Assembly: GCA_963729715.1 (NCBI GenBank)
Contig: CAVSPA010000005.1
Coordinates: forward strand, 544,001 to 608,000
Reading direction: 5' to 3'
DNA: 64,000 bases
DNA from: an uncultured delta proteobacterium
Lineage (GTDB): Bacteria; Desulfobacterota; Syntrophia; Syntrophales; UBA2185
Every line of letters begins with the position of its first letter. The first letter of the stretch is position 1. Made by a program: the position numbers and the translations under genes. Of the stretch, positions 1-9,539 are shown in pieces. Below the pieces are notes generated by a model. That model had not been told where the DNA came from. It worked only from the letters and a program-made list of their open reading frames with translations, and did not search any database.

Positions 1-512
1 GAGTGTCCCCTGTTGATAAGCCGCAGGGTCTTATCATGCATCGACTGAAGACCCAATTCGAGCCATACATGGTTTTTCGTGGCATATCCTCGAAGAAGGT
101 CGATTATGCCGTCGGACAGGCAATCCGGACGGGTACCTACGGAAAGACCGATGACGTCTTCCTCTCCCAACGCTTCGTCGTACAGTTTCTTTAGCTTATC
201 AATCGGCGCATACGTATTAGTGAATGTCTGGAAATAAGCGATGAATCTTCCCGCATTTCTGTTTTTCTTATAATATTCCTTGCCCCGGCGGATCTGCTGT
301 GCCACCGAGGGAAGCGGACCGATCTGCCTCAGTTTCGAACCCCGACCATCGCAGTATGCGCATCCCCCTTTCGATACCGTGCCATCACGGTTGGGGCAGG
401 TGAATCCCGCATCGATCTGGAGCTTGTAAACCCTGCTCCCGAACCGGTTCAGCCAGAAGCTTTTCAGATCGTAATATCTTTTTTTGTTGTTCCAGAGCGA
501 TGGCTTGGGCAA
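1..512 (-). CDS. TIGR01212/YhcC-family radical SAM protein, 5' part (runs off the window start)
   Basis: Manual translation from TTG at 512 (GAGG RBS upstream): MPKPSLWNNKKRYYDLKSFWLNRFGSRVYKLQIDAGFTCPNRDGTVSKGGCAYCDGRG, with the family motif DAGFTCPNRDG..GGCxYC. Not in the ORF track. Confidence 0.85.
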   Translation of the reverse strand, partial: MPKPSLWNNKKRYYDLKSFWLNRFGSRVYKLQIDAGFTCPNRDGTVSKGGCAYCDGRGSKLRQIGPLPSVAQQIRRGKEYYKKNRNAGRFIAYFQTFTNTYAPIDKLKKLYDEALGEEDVIGLSVGTRPDCLSDGIIDLLRGYATKNHVWLELGLQSMHDKTLRLINRGH

Positions 513-646
513 GAAGGCCTCTTTTTCGTTGTAATTTTTAAATTGACATTATTAAATTATATGCAAAACTGCAACATTTCAATTGCGACTCCAAACCATT
601 GAACCGATCATCGGCGGGTTTCGAGTCACTCAAAATGGTGTTTCGG

Positions 647-2557
647 ATGGAAGATAGATCAAGAAGTTACGACGTGATAATCGTCGGCGCAGGTCATGCC
701 GGCTGTGAAGCAGCGTTGGCGTCCGCCAGGATGGGCTGCTCCACGATCATGTTCAATATCAATCTGGATTCTATCGCCCTCATGTCCTGTAACCCAGCCA
801 TCGGAGGTCTTGCCAAAGGCCAGTTGGTCAAGGAGGTTGATGCCCTGGGCGGAGAGATGGGAAAGATCGCCGATAAGACGGCAGTACATTTCCGCCTGCT
901 CAACGCCTCGAAAGGGCCCGCGGTTCAATCCTCCCGGTTCCAATGCGATAAACAGCTCTACAGGCTCGCCATGAAAGCGACAGTGGAGAAGGAAAAAAAT
1001 CTTCATCTCAGACAGACTCTCATTGACCGCATTGTCGTCGAAGACGGCAGGGCTATAGGTGTGGAAGACCACCTCGGCGTCTTTTATCGCGGCAAGGCCA
1101 TTGTCGTGACGACAGGGACATTTCTCAACGGCTTGATACATATTGGAACGGTGCACTATGAGGCGGGTAGGGCAGGAGAGATGTCCTCCATTCATCTCGC
1201 AGAATCCCTCAGGTCTCTCGGTTTCGAAACGGGACGTATGAAGACAGGCACTCCGCCGAGGTTGCGTGCGTCAACTATCGATTTTTTGACGCTGGAAAGA
1301 CAGGATAGCGACCCAGAACCGGAGCCATTTTCCTTCACCACGGAGAAGCTCCGCGAAGAACGTCTTCCTTCGTATTTCTCATACACGACGAGAGAAACAC
1401 ACAGCCTCATCAGGGAAAACATCACGTCTTCTCCGCTCTATTCAGGCACCATAAAGGGGATCAGCGCGCGTTACTGCCCCTCTCTTGAAGACAAAGTGAT
1501 GCGTTTCTCCGATAAGGAAAGGCATCCTGTCGTTTTAGAATTCGAAGGTCTGGAGACGGAAGAGATTTACGCCAAAGGCCTCGGAAACAGCATGCCTCAG
1601 GATCTTCAGGAGCTGATCATCCACAGCGTCCCCGGCCTTGAGGACGCAGAAGTCATGCGCCCCGCATACGCCATTGAGTATGACTTCGTGCAACCGACGC
1701 AACTTCGGCAGACCCTGGAAACGAAGCCAATTGCGGGATTATATCTGGCTGGCCAAATCAACGGCACATCTGGCTACGAAGAAGCGGCAGCGCAAGGGTT
1801 ATGGGCCGGCATAAATGCGGCCCTTGCCGTGCAGGGAAGAGCTCCTTTCATCCTTGATCGCTCGGAGGCCTATATGGGGGTTATGATCGATGACCTTGTC
1901 ACAAGGGGCGTTGACGAGCCATACAGGATGTTTACGTCTCGGGCAGAATACCGCCTGATCCTCCGCGAGGATAATGCGGCAATTCGTCTCATGGCGAAGG
2001 GATACGACCTGGGCCTCATCCCGCGCAATTACTATGATCACCTGCAAGAAAAGGTGCATGAAATAACCGATAGAACACACCGGCTCTCTGCCCTAAAGAT
2101 TTTTCCCAATGAAAAGGTCAATAAGATCCTTCAGACAATGGGAACTCCTCCGATCAAGAATCCTGTCACGCTCTATCAGCTTCTGAAGAGAAGCGAAATT
2201 TCCTACGATGATCTGAAGGTCTTTGAGGGCTGGGAGCCTATAGCGGACAGATTTGTTAAAAAGCAAATCTGTATAGAGTCCAGATATGAAGGATACATTA
2301 AACGTCAGCAGGAGGCCGTGGAAAGGATGAAACAGGTTGAAGAGAAGAAAATCCCCAAAGGCATGAATTACGACTGCATACCTGGACTTTCCACTGAATT
2401 GAAAATGAAGTTGATGAAGATTGAACCTTCAACCATCGGGCAAGCGGAAAGGATACCGGGAATGACACAAGCAGCGATCACGGCCATTTTGATCATGATG
2501 AAAAAGATGGAGTTTGAAGCAGTCGCGCAACAAGAAAAAAAATCGCCGCCACCCTGA
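647..2557 (+). CDS. mnmG: tRNA uridine-5-carboxymethylaminomethyl modification enzyme MnmG/GidA
   Basis: GAGHAGCEAA, MSCNPAIGG, RMKTGTPPRL, RYCPSLEDK, GQINGTSGYEEAAAQG, EPYRMFTSRAEYRL; start could be 635 or 647. Confidence 0.97.
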   Translation: MEDRSRSYDVIIVGAGHAGCEAALASARMGCSTIMFNINLDSIALMSCNPAIGGLAKGQLVKEVDALGGEMGKIADKTAVHFRLLNASKGPAVQSSRFQCDKQLYRLAMKATVEKEKNLHLRQTLIDRIVVEDGRAIGVEDHLGVFYRGKAIVVTTGTFLNGLIHIGTVHYEAGRAGEMSSIHLAESLRSLGFETGRMKTGTPPRLRASTIDFLTLERQDSDPEPEPFSFTTEKLREERLPSYFSYTTRETHSLIRENITSSPLYSGTIKGISARYCPSLEDKVMRFSDKERHPVVLEFEGLETEEIYAKGLGNSMPQDLQELIIHSVPGLEDAEVMRPAYAIEYDFVQPTQLRQTLETKPIAGLYLAGQINGTSGYEEAAAQGLWAGINAALAVQGRAPFILDRSEAYMGVMIDDLVTRGVDEPYRMFTSRAEYRLILREDNAAIRLMAKGYDLGLIPRNYYDHLQEKVHEITDRTHRLSALKIFPNEKVNKILQTMGTPPIKNPVTLYQLLKRSEISYDDLKVFEGWEPIADRFVKKQICIESRYEGYIKRQQEAVERMKQVEEKKIPKGMNYDCIPGLSTELKMKLMKIEPSTIGQAERIPGMTQAAITAILIMMKKMEFEAVAQQEKKSPPP

Positions 2558-3068
2558 TTATGAGCGCAGCTCATGGGCATTGCTTTTTTTAATATCTTTC
2601 TTGCCGGTAAATTTACAGCCCTATGCCCTTTCTTTTCTTTGCAAACATCAGAATTGTGGATAGATTCAAGCGTGGTAGGCTGTATTTTTCAGGCACGGCA
2701 AATACATTTCTGCATCTGTCATCCGCATTCCATACAGTCGACTCATAACCATTAATCCCGTGTAACACAAATAGTGCGACATTTCTCCGATCTTAGTTCA
2801 TGTCATCGATACTCCGAAGACTGATCTCTACAAATGTGAGACATAGTGACATGCGAGAGGCGCAAATTCTCTTGGATCTGTGAAGAAACAAACAAGACCA
2901 GTGAAATTTGACTTAATCTTGCTGACAAATGTATCCACAAAGTGACAAAAACGATGACATTCAAAGATACCGGTTGATCGAGGCAAGCTTTATTGGATTC
3001 TTCATGCTGTACGGATCAAATTATAAGAAACTGATCGTCCATGCATACATTAAAGTATCATATAACCT

Positions 3069-4453
3069 CATATCCGTCCAAAATAAATTTTTGGAATTGA
3101 AAAGGGTGCACACAATCAGGTAGAAGTTTCTTTGCGGAAAGAAAACGAAACCTGAAAGGGGACACCCTGATGAACAGATTTAACAGTATTTTTGGTCAAA
3201 TTCTACACCTATTTTCGAAGCGCGAGTTTTTTGAAGCAGTATATGATACCCAGGCTGAGCGAGGTGCCAAGGGTTTCAGTTGTTGGGATCAGTTTGTGGC
3301 CATGTTGTTTTGCCAGCTTGGGCAGGCCCATTCGTTAAGAGAGATCTGCGGGGGCCTGGCCAGTTGTTTCGGTAAAGCGAAGCATCTGGGGCTCCGAGCG
3401 GCCCCTAAGCGATCGACGCTATCTTATGCCAATGAACATCGGCCGTGGCAGTTATACGAGAAGGTCTTTTATCACCTTCTGGGCAAATGCCGGCAACTGG
3501 ACTTCGGCAAGCGCCGGTTTCGATTTAAGAGCAAGCTCTTTTCTCTGGATGCCACGGTCATTGAGCTTTGCGCCAGCCTCTTTGACTGGGCGAAGTTCCG
3601 ACAAACCAAAGGGGCGGTGAAGCTTCATTTGCTTTTGGACCATGACGGATATCTGCCGGTCTTTGCACACCTCACTGACGGGAAGGTCCACGAGGTGAAG
3701 GTTGCCCAGACCATGCTCTTTCCTTCCGGATCGATTGTGGCGATCGATAAAGGGTATATCGATTACGATCTGTTTTGGACCTGGACCCAAGGCGGTGTTT
3801 ACTTTGTAACCCGGCAGAAAGATAATGCCCGCTTCCGGATTCTGGAGGAAAGACCCGTTCCCAAGAACAGAAACATCTTGAGCGACCAGATGATTGAACT
3901 CGAAGGATTCTACTCTCATCAGAAGTATCCCGGCGCCTTGAGACGACTGGAAGTCTGGGACGAAGAAAATGAAAAGGTCATTGTCCTTTTAACCAATCAC
4001 ATGACCTTCGGGGCAACGACGGTTGCCGCCATATACAAAGACCGATGGCAGATAGAGATTTTCTTCAAGACCCTCAAACAGAATCTGAGGATCAAGACCT
4101 TTGTGGGGACCTCCCCAAACGCTCTTTTGATCCAGATTTGGACAGCATTGATCAGCGTCCTGATTCTGAAGTACCTGAAGTTCAGATCGAGCTTTCTATG
4201 GTCTCTGTCCAACCTTGTGGCGATGCTACGATATAACCTGTTCACTTACAGGGATTTATGGACGTGGATTGATCAGCCGTTTGAGCCGCCGCCCATGATT
4301 ATCATGCAGGAGCAACTATCTCTGAATTGGACAGCATAGTAACCAAGGAAGAAAAAAAGAGGTAACCTGATTTTCAAAGAGCTAAAAAAACCGTCCAAAT
4401 ACCTGATTCCATGGGGCCGTCATACCCATTTCAGGTTATTTTGGACAGCACTG
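3069..4453 (+). mobile_element. Complete IS4-family insertion sequence (1385 bp)
   Basis: Left IR CATATCCGTCCAAAATAA (3069-3086); right IR TTATTTTGGACAGCACTG (4436-4453), 14/18 match. Flanking 9-bp direct repeat ATATAACCT at 3060-3068 and 4454-4462. Confidence 0.93.
3170..4339 (+). CDS. IS4-family DDE transposase (DUF4372-type N-terminus)
   Basis: LDATVI, KLHL, DKGY and YKDRWQIEIFFK (YREK-like) motifs; 389 aa, uninterrupted. Confidence 0.95.
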   Translation: MNRFNSIFGQILHLFSKREFFEAVYDTQAERGAKGFSCWDQFVAMLFCQLGQAHSLREICGGLASCFGKAKHLGLRAAPKRSTLSYANEHRPWQLYEKVFYHLLGKCRQLDFGKRRFRFKSKLFSLDATVIELCASLFDWAKFRQTKGAVKLHLLLDHDGYLPVFAHLTDGKVHEVKVAQTMLFPSGSIVAIDKGYIDYDLFWTWTQGGVYFVTRQKDNARFRILEERPVPKNRNILSDQMIELEGFYSHQKYPGALRRLEVWDEENEKVIVLLTNHMTFGATTVAAIYKDRWQIEIFFKTLKQNLRIKTFVGTSPNALLIQIWTALISVLILKYLKFRSSFLWSLSNLVAMLRYNLFTYRDLWTWIDQPFEPPPMIIMQEQLSLNWTA

Positions 4454-4827
4454 ATATAACCTAATAATCCACATAAAGAACAATTGTGTCATATGTGAAT
4501 TATCGTAAATTACTTATTTCTTGTTTCTTAATGCACATTGTCGTCCCAAAATAAAAATAAAAGTTGCGATTTTGTATTAAATGAGCTATAAATAGTCTGC
4601 CGAGTAGAGAAGAGAGAATAGTCTTTTTGTTTGCAAGCGGATTGAAAGAAACAATTTCGCTATAGGTGTTCTCGCAAAGCGACAATTCTTGGCACTTTCT
4701 ATTTTTTAACGCTGATTATATTCAAGACGACCAGTACGTAATAATCTGTTTCTCTATGGAATAAGGAAAATGTACCAAGTAGTTGGAAATTCTGTGGAAG
4801 GGAAGAGGAAGGAGTCTTGTAACTTCT

Positions 4828-6447
4828 ATGACCAAGCAAATATGGAGTCCGTCACAGATTGGCAGGGCAGGCGCTAAGGACTTAAGCGTTCATAATTACG
4901 AAGAACTTGCTGCTCTTCACGCTATTGCCAAGATACTGGCACAATCTCAAGAATTGCGCGATCACCTGGAGCAGGTCTTAAAAGAGATGAGCCTGCGACT
5001 GGGAATGGAGCGTGGTATGATATCGCTTCTCGATCGCGAGACAGGGGAAGCATGGCTCGACGTGGCGCACGATGTCAACATTCAGGGGCTTGAGGTCATG
5101 TATAAACCTGGTGAGGGAATTACCGGGAGAGTGGCACAGACCGGACGTCCCATGGCAGTAGCCAATCTCGGGAAGGAGGCTCACTTTCTGGACCGCACGG
5201 GTGCAAGACGTTCGTTGAACAGGTCCGAACTATCTTTCCTCTGCGTGCCAATCATATATGACGCCAGGGTCGTTGGCGTGATATCTGCAGATAAAGTGGC
5301 GCGTATTGTCGAGAATCTCGATCGTGAGCTTGCCATGCTTTCAGCGGTTGCTGAGCTCATTGCCAGAGCAGTCCACACCCGTGCCCTCGAAGAGGAAAAC
5401 CGCCGTCTGAGAATGATCGTCGGCCGTTCTAAAGCGCCATCGGTGGATATCATCGGCAGTTCCAGGGCCATGCAGGAAATTTACGGACTTATCGCGCAGG
5501 TAGCGGGTACAAACACGACGGTATTGATTAGCGGAGAAACAGGAACCGGTAAGGAATTGGTTGCGGAGGCAATCCATCTGAACAGCTTGCGAAAAGATAG
5601 TCCTTTAATTTATGTGAATTGCGCTGCCATGCCGGACACACTGATAGAAAGCGAACTTTTCGGACATGAAAAGGGTGCATTCACAGGAGCGGTACACAAT
5701 AGGAAGGGTAGATTTGAAGAAGCGCACGCTGGAACAGTCGTTCTTGATGAAGTGGGTGAATTGTCAGCAGCGGCTCAGGCAAAGCTATTGCGAGTCCTAC
5801 AGGATAAACAAATACAACCCTTAGGTTCGTCGAAGGTGGTGAATGTCAATGTGCGCGTGATTGCGGCTACCAATCGAGACCTTGAACAGGATATTGTGGT
5901 AGGACGGTTTCGCAGTGATCTATACTATCGCCTTAATGTGTTCCCGATCTACCTCCCCCCCCTACGAGAGCGAGGCAGCGACATAATAATGCTGGCAGAC
6001 CATTTCGTACTGAAATATGCGAAAGAGCTTAGCAAGCCGGTGAACAGGATTTCTACTCCAGTACTGGAAACATTCTTGGCATATCAATGGCCGGGTAATG
6101 TAAGAGAACTGGAAAACTGCATGGAAAGAGCTGTCCTAGTGGCAACGGGAGATACCATTGAAAGCCTTCATCTCCCCCCTTCTCTTCAGCTTAAAATTAG
6201 AGATAACGAGAAAAAAGAGCAGGGAAAATTGAAAAATGTAGTTGAAAGTCAAGAGAGATCCTTAATTATCGATGCCCTGAAGGAAACGCGGGGAAATCAG
6301 AGCAAGGCAGCAAAATTGCTCGGTACCACGAAACGAATCACCCAGTATAAGATTCAGAAATTTGGTATTGACCCCTGGCAGTTTCGTCCTAAAAGGGACC
6401 GCTCCATGACAAATTCAGCAGAAGAGGAAATGGAAAGTAGTTCATAG
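4828..6447 (+). CDS. NifA-like sigma54-dependent activator (GAF-AAA+-HTH)
   Basis: GEGITG GAF domain, Walker [35 protein letters not shown]-terminal [16 protein letters not shown] 4828 follows AGGAG. Confidence 0.92.
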   Translation: MTKQIWSPSQIGRAGAKDLSVHNYEELAALHAIAKILAQSQELRDHLEQVLKEMSLRLGMERGMISLLDRETGEAWLDVAHDVNIQGLEVMYKPGEGITGRVAQTGRPMAVANLGKEAHFLDRTGARRSLNRSELSFLCVPIIYDARVVGVISADKVARIVENLDRELAMLSAVAELIARAVHTRALEEENRRLRMIVGRSKAPSVDIIGSSRAMQEIYGLIAQVAGTNTTVLISGETGTGKELVAEAIHLNSLRKDSPLIYVNCAAMPDTLIESELFGHEKGAFTGAVHNRKGRFEEAHAGTVVLDEVGELSAAAQAKLLRVLQDKQIQPLGSSKVVNVNVRVIAATNRDLEQDIVVGRFRSDLYYRLNVFPIYLPPLRERGSDIIMLADHFVLKYAKELSKPVNRISTPVLETFLAYQWPGNVRELENCMERAVLVATGDTIESLHLPPSLQLKIRDNEKKEQGKLKNVVESQERSLIIDALKETRGNQSKAAKLLGTTKRITQYKIQKFGIDPWQFRPKRDRSMTNSAEEEMESSS

Positions 6448-6795
6448 AAATTTATCGACGATGATCCCAAAAGTACATTTTTGTTTTTTATTTAACCTTT
6501 CATATATGTTGTGTTAGCGGATGTGACATGCGATCTTATTTCTGATATCTTCTCGTGTCTCTGCTCCCAAAACATAGAAGTTGTTACTTTAAATGATATT
6601 AAACGCTTATGATGAAGCGACAATGGTCATCAGGCATATGGTTCATTTTTGTCTACTGTATATTTGACTTTTATGAAAAATATGTGTAGTTGAGGCTTTA
6701 TTTTTTTTCAGATAATAGAAAGAGGTTTTTACAATCTTAAATAGTCCGTATTCATTTAAAAACCCTGCGGAGTAAATAAAAAGTGAGGAACATGT

Positions 6796-7926
6796 ATGTG
6801 TCGTCTATTTGCTGTTACCAGTTCAGACCCGCTTTCCCCGATGGTAGCGTTACGCGCCATTGACGTTATGAAGGAAGGACATGACGGGTCGGGTACGGGA
6901 ATGTTCATGACTGATCTGGCTGGTGATTTTGAAAAACTCAAGACAGAGCCGATCCTGTCCGGAACTTTTACCAATGAGGGCGTCAAATCACTGGACCGTC
7001 TTATGACAGAATGCGACTTTGGGGTAAAGCACGAGCTATCCATTCGCCCCAATAAACAGCCTCCCCCAGGTACGCCCAGGCGAGACTATTATCTGATTCG
7101 CGTATACGACTATCCGCCAGCATGGAAGGATCTCAGCGCAGCGGAGATTCAATTTCGCATGATGATGATCCGTCTGCAGTTGCGGCGGATGGGCGAGGAA
7201 GATGGGTCCATGATGATTTTCAGCTTCTGGCCTGACGTCATTATGATTAAAGAAGTTGGCGATCCCATGGCAATCGCGGATTATCTTGGACTTGATCGAA
7301 AAGAACTGCAGGCACGAACAATGCTCGTCCAGGGACGGCAAAATACAAACTATGCGATAAATATCTATGCGTGCCATCCCTTTTTCATTCAGGGCATGGC
7401 GACTATGACCAACGGGGAGAATACGGCCTTCGTCCCCATCAGGGAGTTTCTCACGTCGCGAGGTTTCCCTGGCTACATCGGCTACCAGTCAGACTCGGAA
7501 GTGTTTACACATATACTACATTACACGGTCAATCATCTGGCCCTTGGACTTCCGATGTACAAGCATGTGATTACGCCATTAATGGACGGGGAACTGGCAA
7601 AGCATCCGGATGGTCAATGGCTGCGCAGTCTAAAACAAGCCTGTCGTCCGTTGATCATTGACGGCCCCAATTGCGTTATGGGCTGTCTGCCGGACAAGAC
7701 CCTCTTTATGGTTCAGGACAGCAAGAAATTGCGCCCGGGAGTCGTCGGGGGCCATCCGGGAATGTATGCGTTTTCTTCTGAAATGTGTGGGCTGGATGCT
7801 ACGATACCAGCCCGTGATAAGAACCGCGATTTTCAACCAATGAAATATGACACAGTAATCGTCGGCCCGGAACGACGGGAGGTAGAGATATGGAACCAGT
7901 GGGATGCCTTACACCATTCACACTAA
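6796..7926 (+). CDS. Glutamate synthase amidotransferase subunit (class II GATase, GltB1-type)
   Basis: N-terminal Cys (MCRLF), GRQNTN, HPF, SDSEV, DGP, KKLRP; directly upstream of the FMN-domain subunit. Confidence 0.85.
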   Translation: MCRLFAVTSSDPLSPMVALRAIDVMKEGHDGSGTGMFMTDLAGDFEKLKTEPILSGTFTNEGVKSLDRLMTECDFGVKHELSIRPNKQPPPGTPRRDYYLIRVYDYPPAWKDLSAAEIQFRMMMIRLQLRRMGEEDGSMMIFSFWPDVIMIKEVGDPMAIADYLGLDRKELQARTMLVQGRQNTNYAINIYACHPFFIQGMATMTNGENTAFVPIREFLTSRGFPGYIGYQSDSEVFTHILHYTVNHLALGLPMYKHVITPLMDGELAKHPDGQWLRSLKQACRPLIIDGPNCVMGCLPDKTLFMVQDSKKLRPGVVGGHPGMYAFSSEMCGLDATIPARDKNRDFQPMKYDTVIVGPERREVEIWNQWDALHHSH

Positions 7927-9524
7927 GCATAAAAGATCTTCCTTGGATTATCCTGTGGGATAAAGAAAAGTGCACTCTCTGCGGCAGATGTACGGCCGTT
8001 TGCCCTGTTCGCGCCATCGAACTGGGCGTCCACAGGAAGCGGGCCATCAACGTCTCCGTGGGGCTCGAGGAAAAACCCGGCAACCTGTTTAGTGTTTATC
8101 ACGGTATCGACCAGCGTACTGACCCGGTCCATGCCTGCGTGGGCTGTGGAATGTGCAATCTTGTATGCCCCAACAATTGCATTATACCCGCCCACAATGA
8201 GGAAATTGACAAGTTGCGCTTTCACAATAATGTGGGAGGTGTTCCCAGACGCCGTGGCGGGCGCCGCAACGTTCCCGGTGTCATTTTAGATCAAATAAAG
8301 TTTATACGCATATCCATGCTGACCGATCCGGCACTGGACGCAGGTCGCCACGAATTTGAATTGAGGACTCTTCTTGGGCGGATTCTGCCGCCCGAAGAGA
8401 TGGTCCGAGTGACGCAGGAAAACGGCTGGACGCCTCCGGTTCGAGAGATTTACCCGCTCCTCATCGGAAGCATGTCATTCGGCGCCCTGTCCCCCAATAT
8501 GTGGGAAGGGCTGCAAATGGGTGTGGCCTATTTGAATGAAGAATTGGGGATGCCTGTGAGGATGTGTACGGGCGAAGGCGGATGTCCCCCGCGGCTTCTC
8601 AGGTCTCGATTCCTAAAGTATGTTATTCTCCAGATAGCCAGCGGCTATTTTGGCTGGGACGAGATTATTCATGCCCTGCCTGAGATGAAGGAAGATCCTT
8701 GCGCCATAGAGATCAAGTACGGTCAGGGAGCTAAACCGGGTGATGGCGGCCTCCTCATGTGGTATAAGGTTAACAAACTAATCGCTGCAATCCGCGGCGT
8801 GCCGCCCGGCGTGAGTCTCCCCAGTCCGCCCACACACCAGACAAAATATTCCATCGAGGAATCAGTCGCCAAAATGATCCAGTCCATGTACATGGGGTGG
8901 GGTTTCCGCGTACCGGTATATCCGAAAATTTCCGGAACAAGCACGGCGCTCGCGGTCCTCAATAACCTGACGAGAAATCCATTCGCAGGGGGTCTGGCTA
9001 TTGACGGTGAGGATGGCGGCACCGGCGCGGCCTATAATATATCGATGAATCATATGGGGCATCCCATCGCGAGCAACATCCGGGATGCATACCTCAACCT
9101 CGTCAAACTGGGCAAACAGAACGAGATCCCTCTTTTTGCCGGAGGCGGCATCGGCAAGAGCGGCAATCTTGCAGCCAATGCAGCCGCCCTGATTATGCTA
9201 GGAGCAAGCGGCGTTCAGTCAGGAAAGTACATGATGCAGGCAGCAGCCGGCTGCCTCGGCTCTGAAAGCGATCGTTGCAACATCTGCAACATTGGCATCT
9301 GCCCTAAGGGCATAACCTCCCAGGACCCCAGAGTGGATAGACGCCTCGATCCCGAAAAGGTCGCCGAACGGGTCGTGGAGGTATTCTTAAGCTTTGACAC
9401 GGAATTGAAAAAAATAGTCGCTCCTCTGGGCCGCTCCACTTCACTTCCCATTGGTATGTCCGATGCTATTGGCATCGCAGATCATCATGCCGCCGAGCGG
9501 CTCAGTATCAGATATGTAGTGTAG
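7890..9524 (+). CDS. Glutamate synthase FMN-binding subunit with N-terminal 2x[4Fe-4S] domain (GltB2-type)
   Basis: Two CxxCxxCxxxCP motifs, MSFGALS, TGEGG, EIKYGQGAKPG, DGEDGGTGA, CPKGITSQDP. Confidence 0.92.
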   Translation: MEPVGCLTPFTLSIKDLPWIILWDKEKCTLCGRCTAVCPVRAIELGVHRKRAINVSVGLEEKPGNLFSVYHGIDQRTDPVHACVGCGMCNLVCPNNCIIPAHNEEIDKLRFHNNVGGVPRRRGGRRNVPGVILDQIKFIRISMLTDPALDAGRHEFELRTLLGRILPPEEMVRVTQENGWTPPVREIYPLLIGSMSFGALSPNMWEGLQMGVAYLNEELGMPVRMCTGEGGCPPRLLRSRFLKYVILQIASGYFGWDEIIHALPEMKEDPCAIEIKYGQGAKPGDGGLLMWYKVNKLIAAIRGVPPGVSLPSPPTHQTKYSIEESVAKMIQSMYMGWGFRVPVYPKISGTSTALAVLNNLTRNPFAGGLAIDGEDGGTGAAYNISMNHMGHPIASNIRDAYLNLVKLGKQNEIPLFAGGGIGKSGNLAANAAALIMLGASGVQSGKYMMQAAAGCLGSESDRCNICNIGICPKGITSQDPRVDRRLDPEKVAERVVEVFLSFDTELKKIVAPLGRSTSLPIGMSDAIGIADHHAAERLSIRYVV

Positions 9525-9539
9525 GGATAAGGAGAGTTC

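Noticed and set aside
2573..3123. Short ORFs in the mnmG-IS4 spacer
   Set aside because: No RBS or motifs, AT-rich regulatory-like DNA, and one crosses the IS boundary.
4689..4705. TTGGCAC as a sigma54 promoter upstream of the activator
   Set aside because: No GC at the -12 position; none found upstream of the glutamate synthase genes either.
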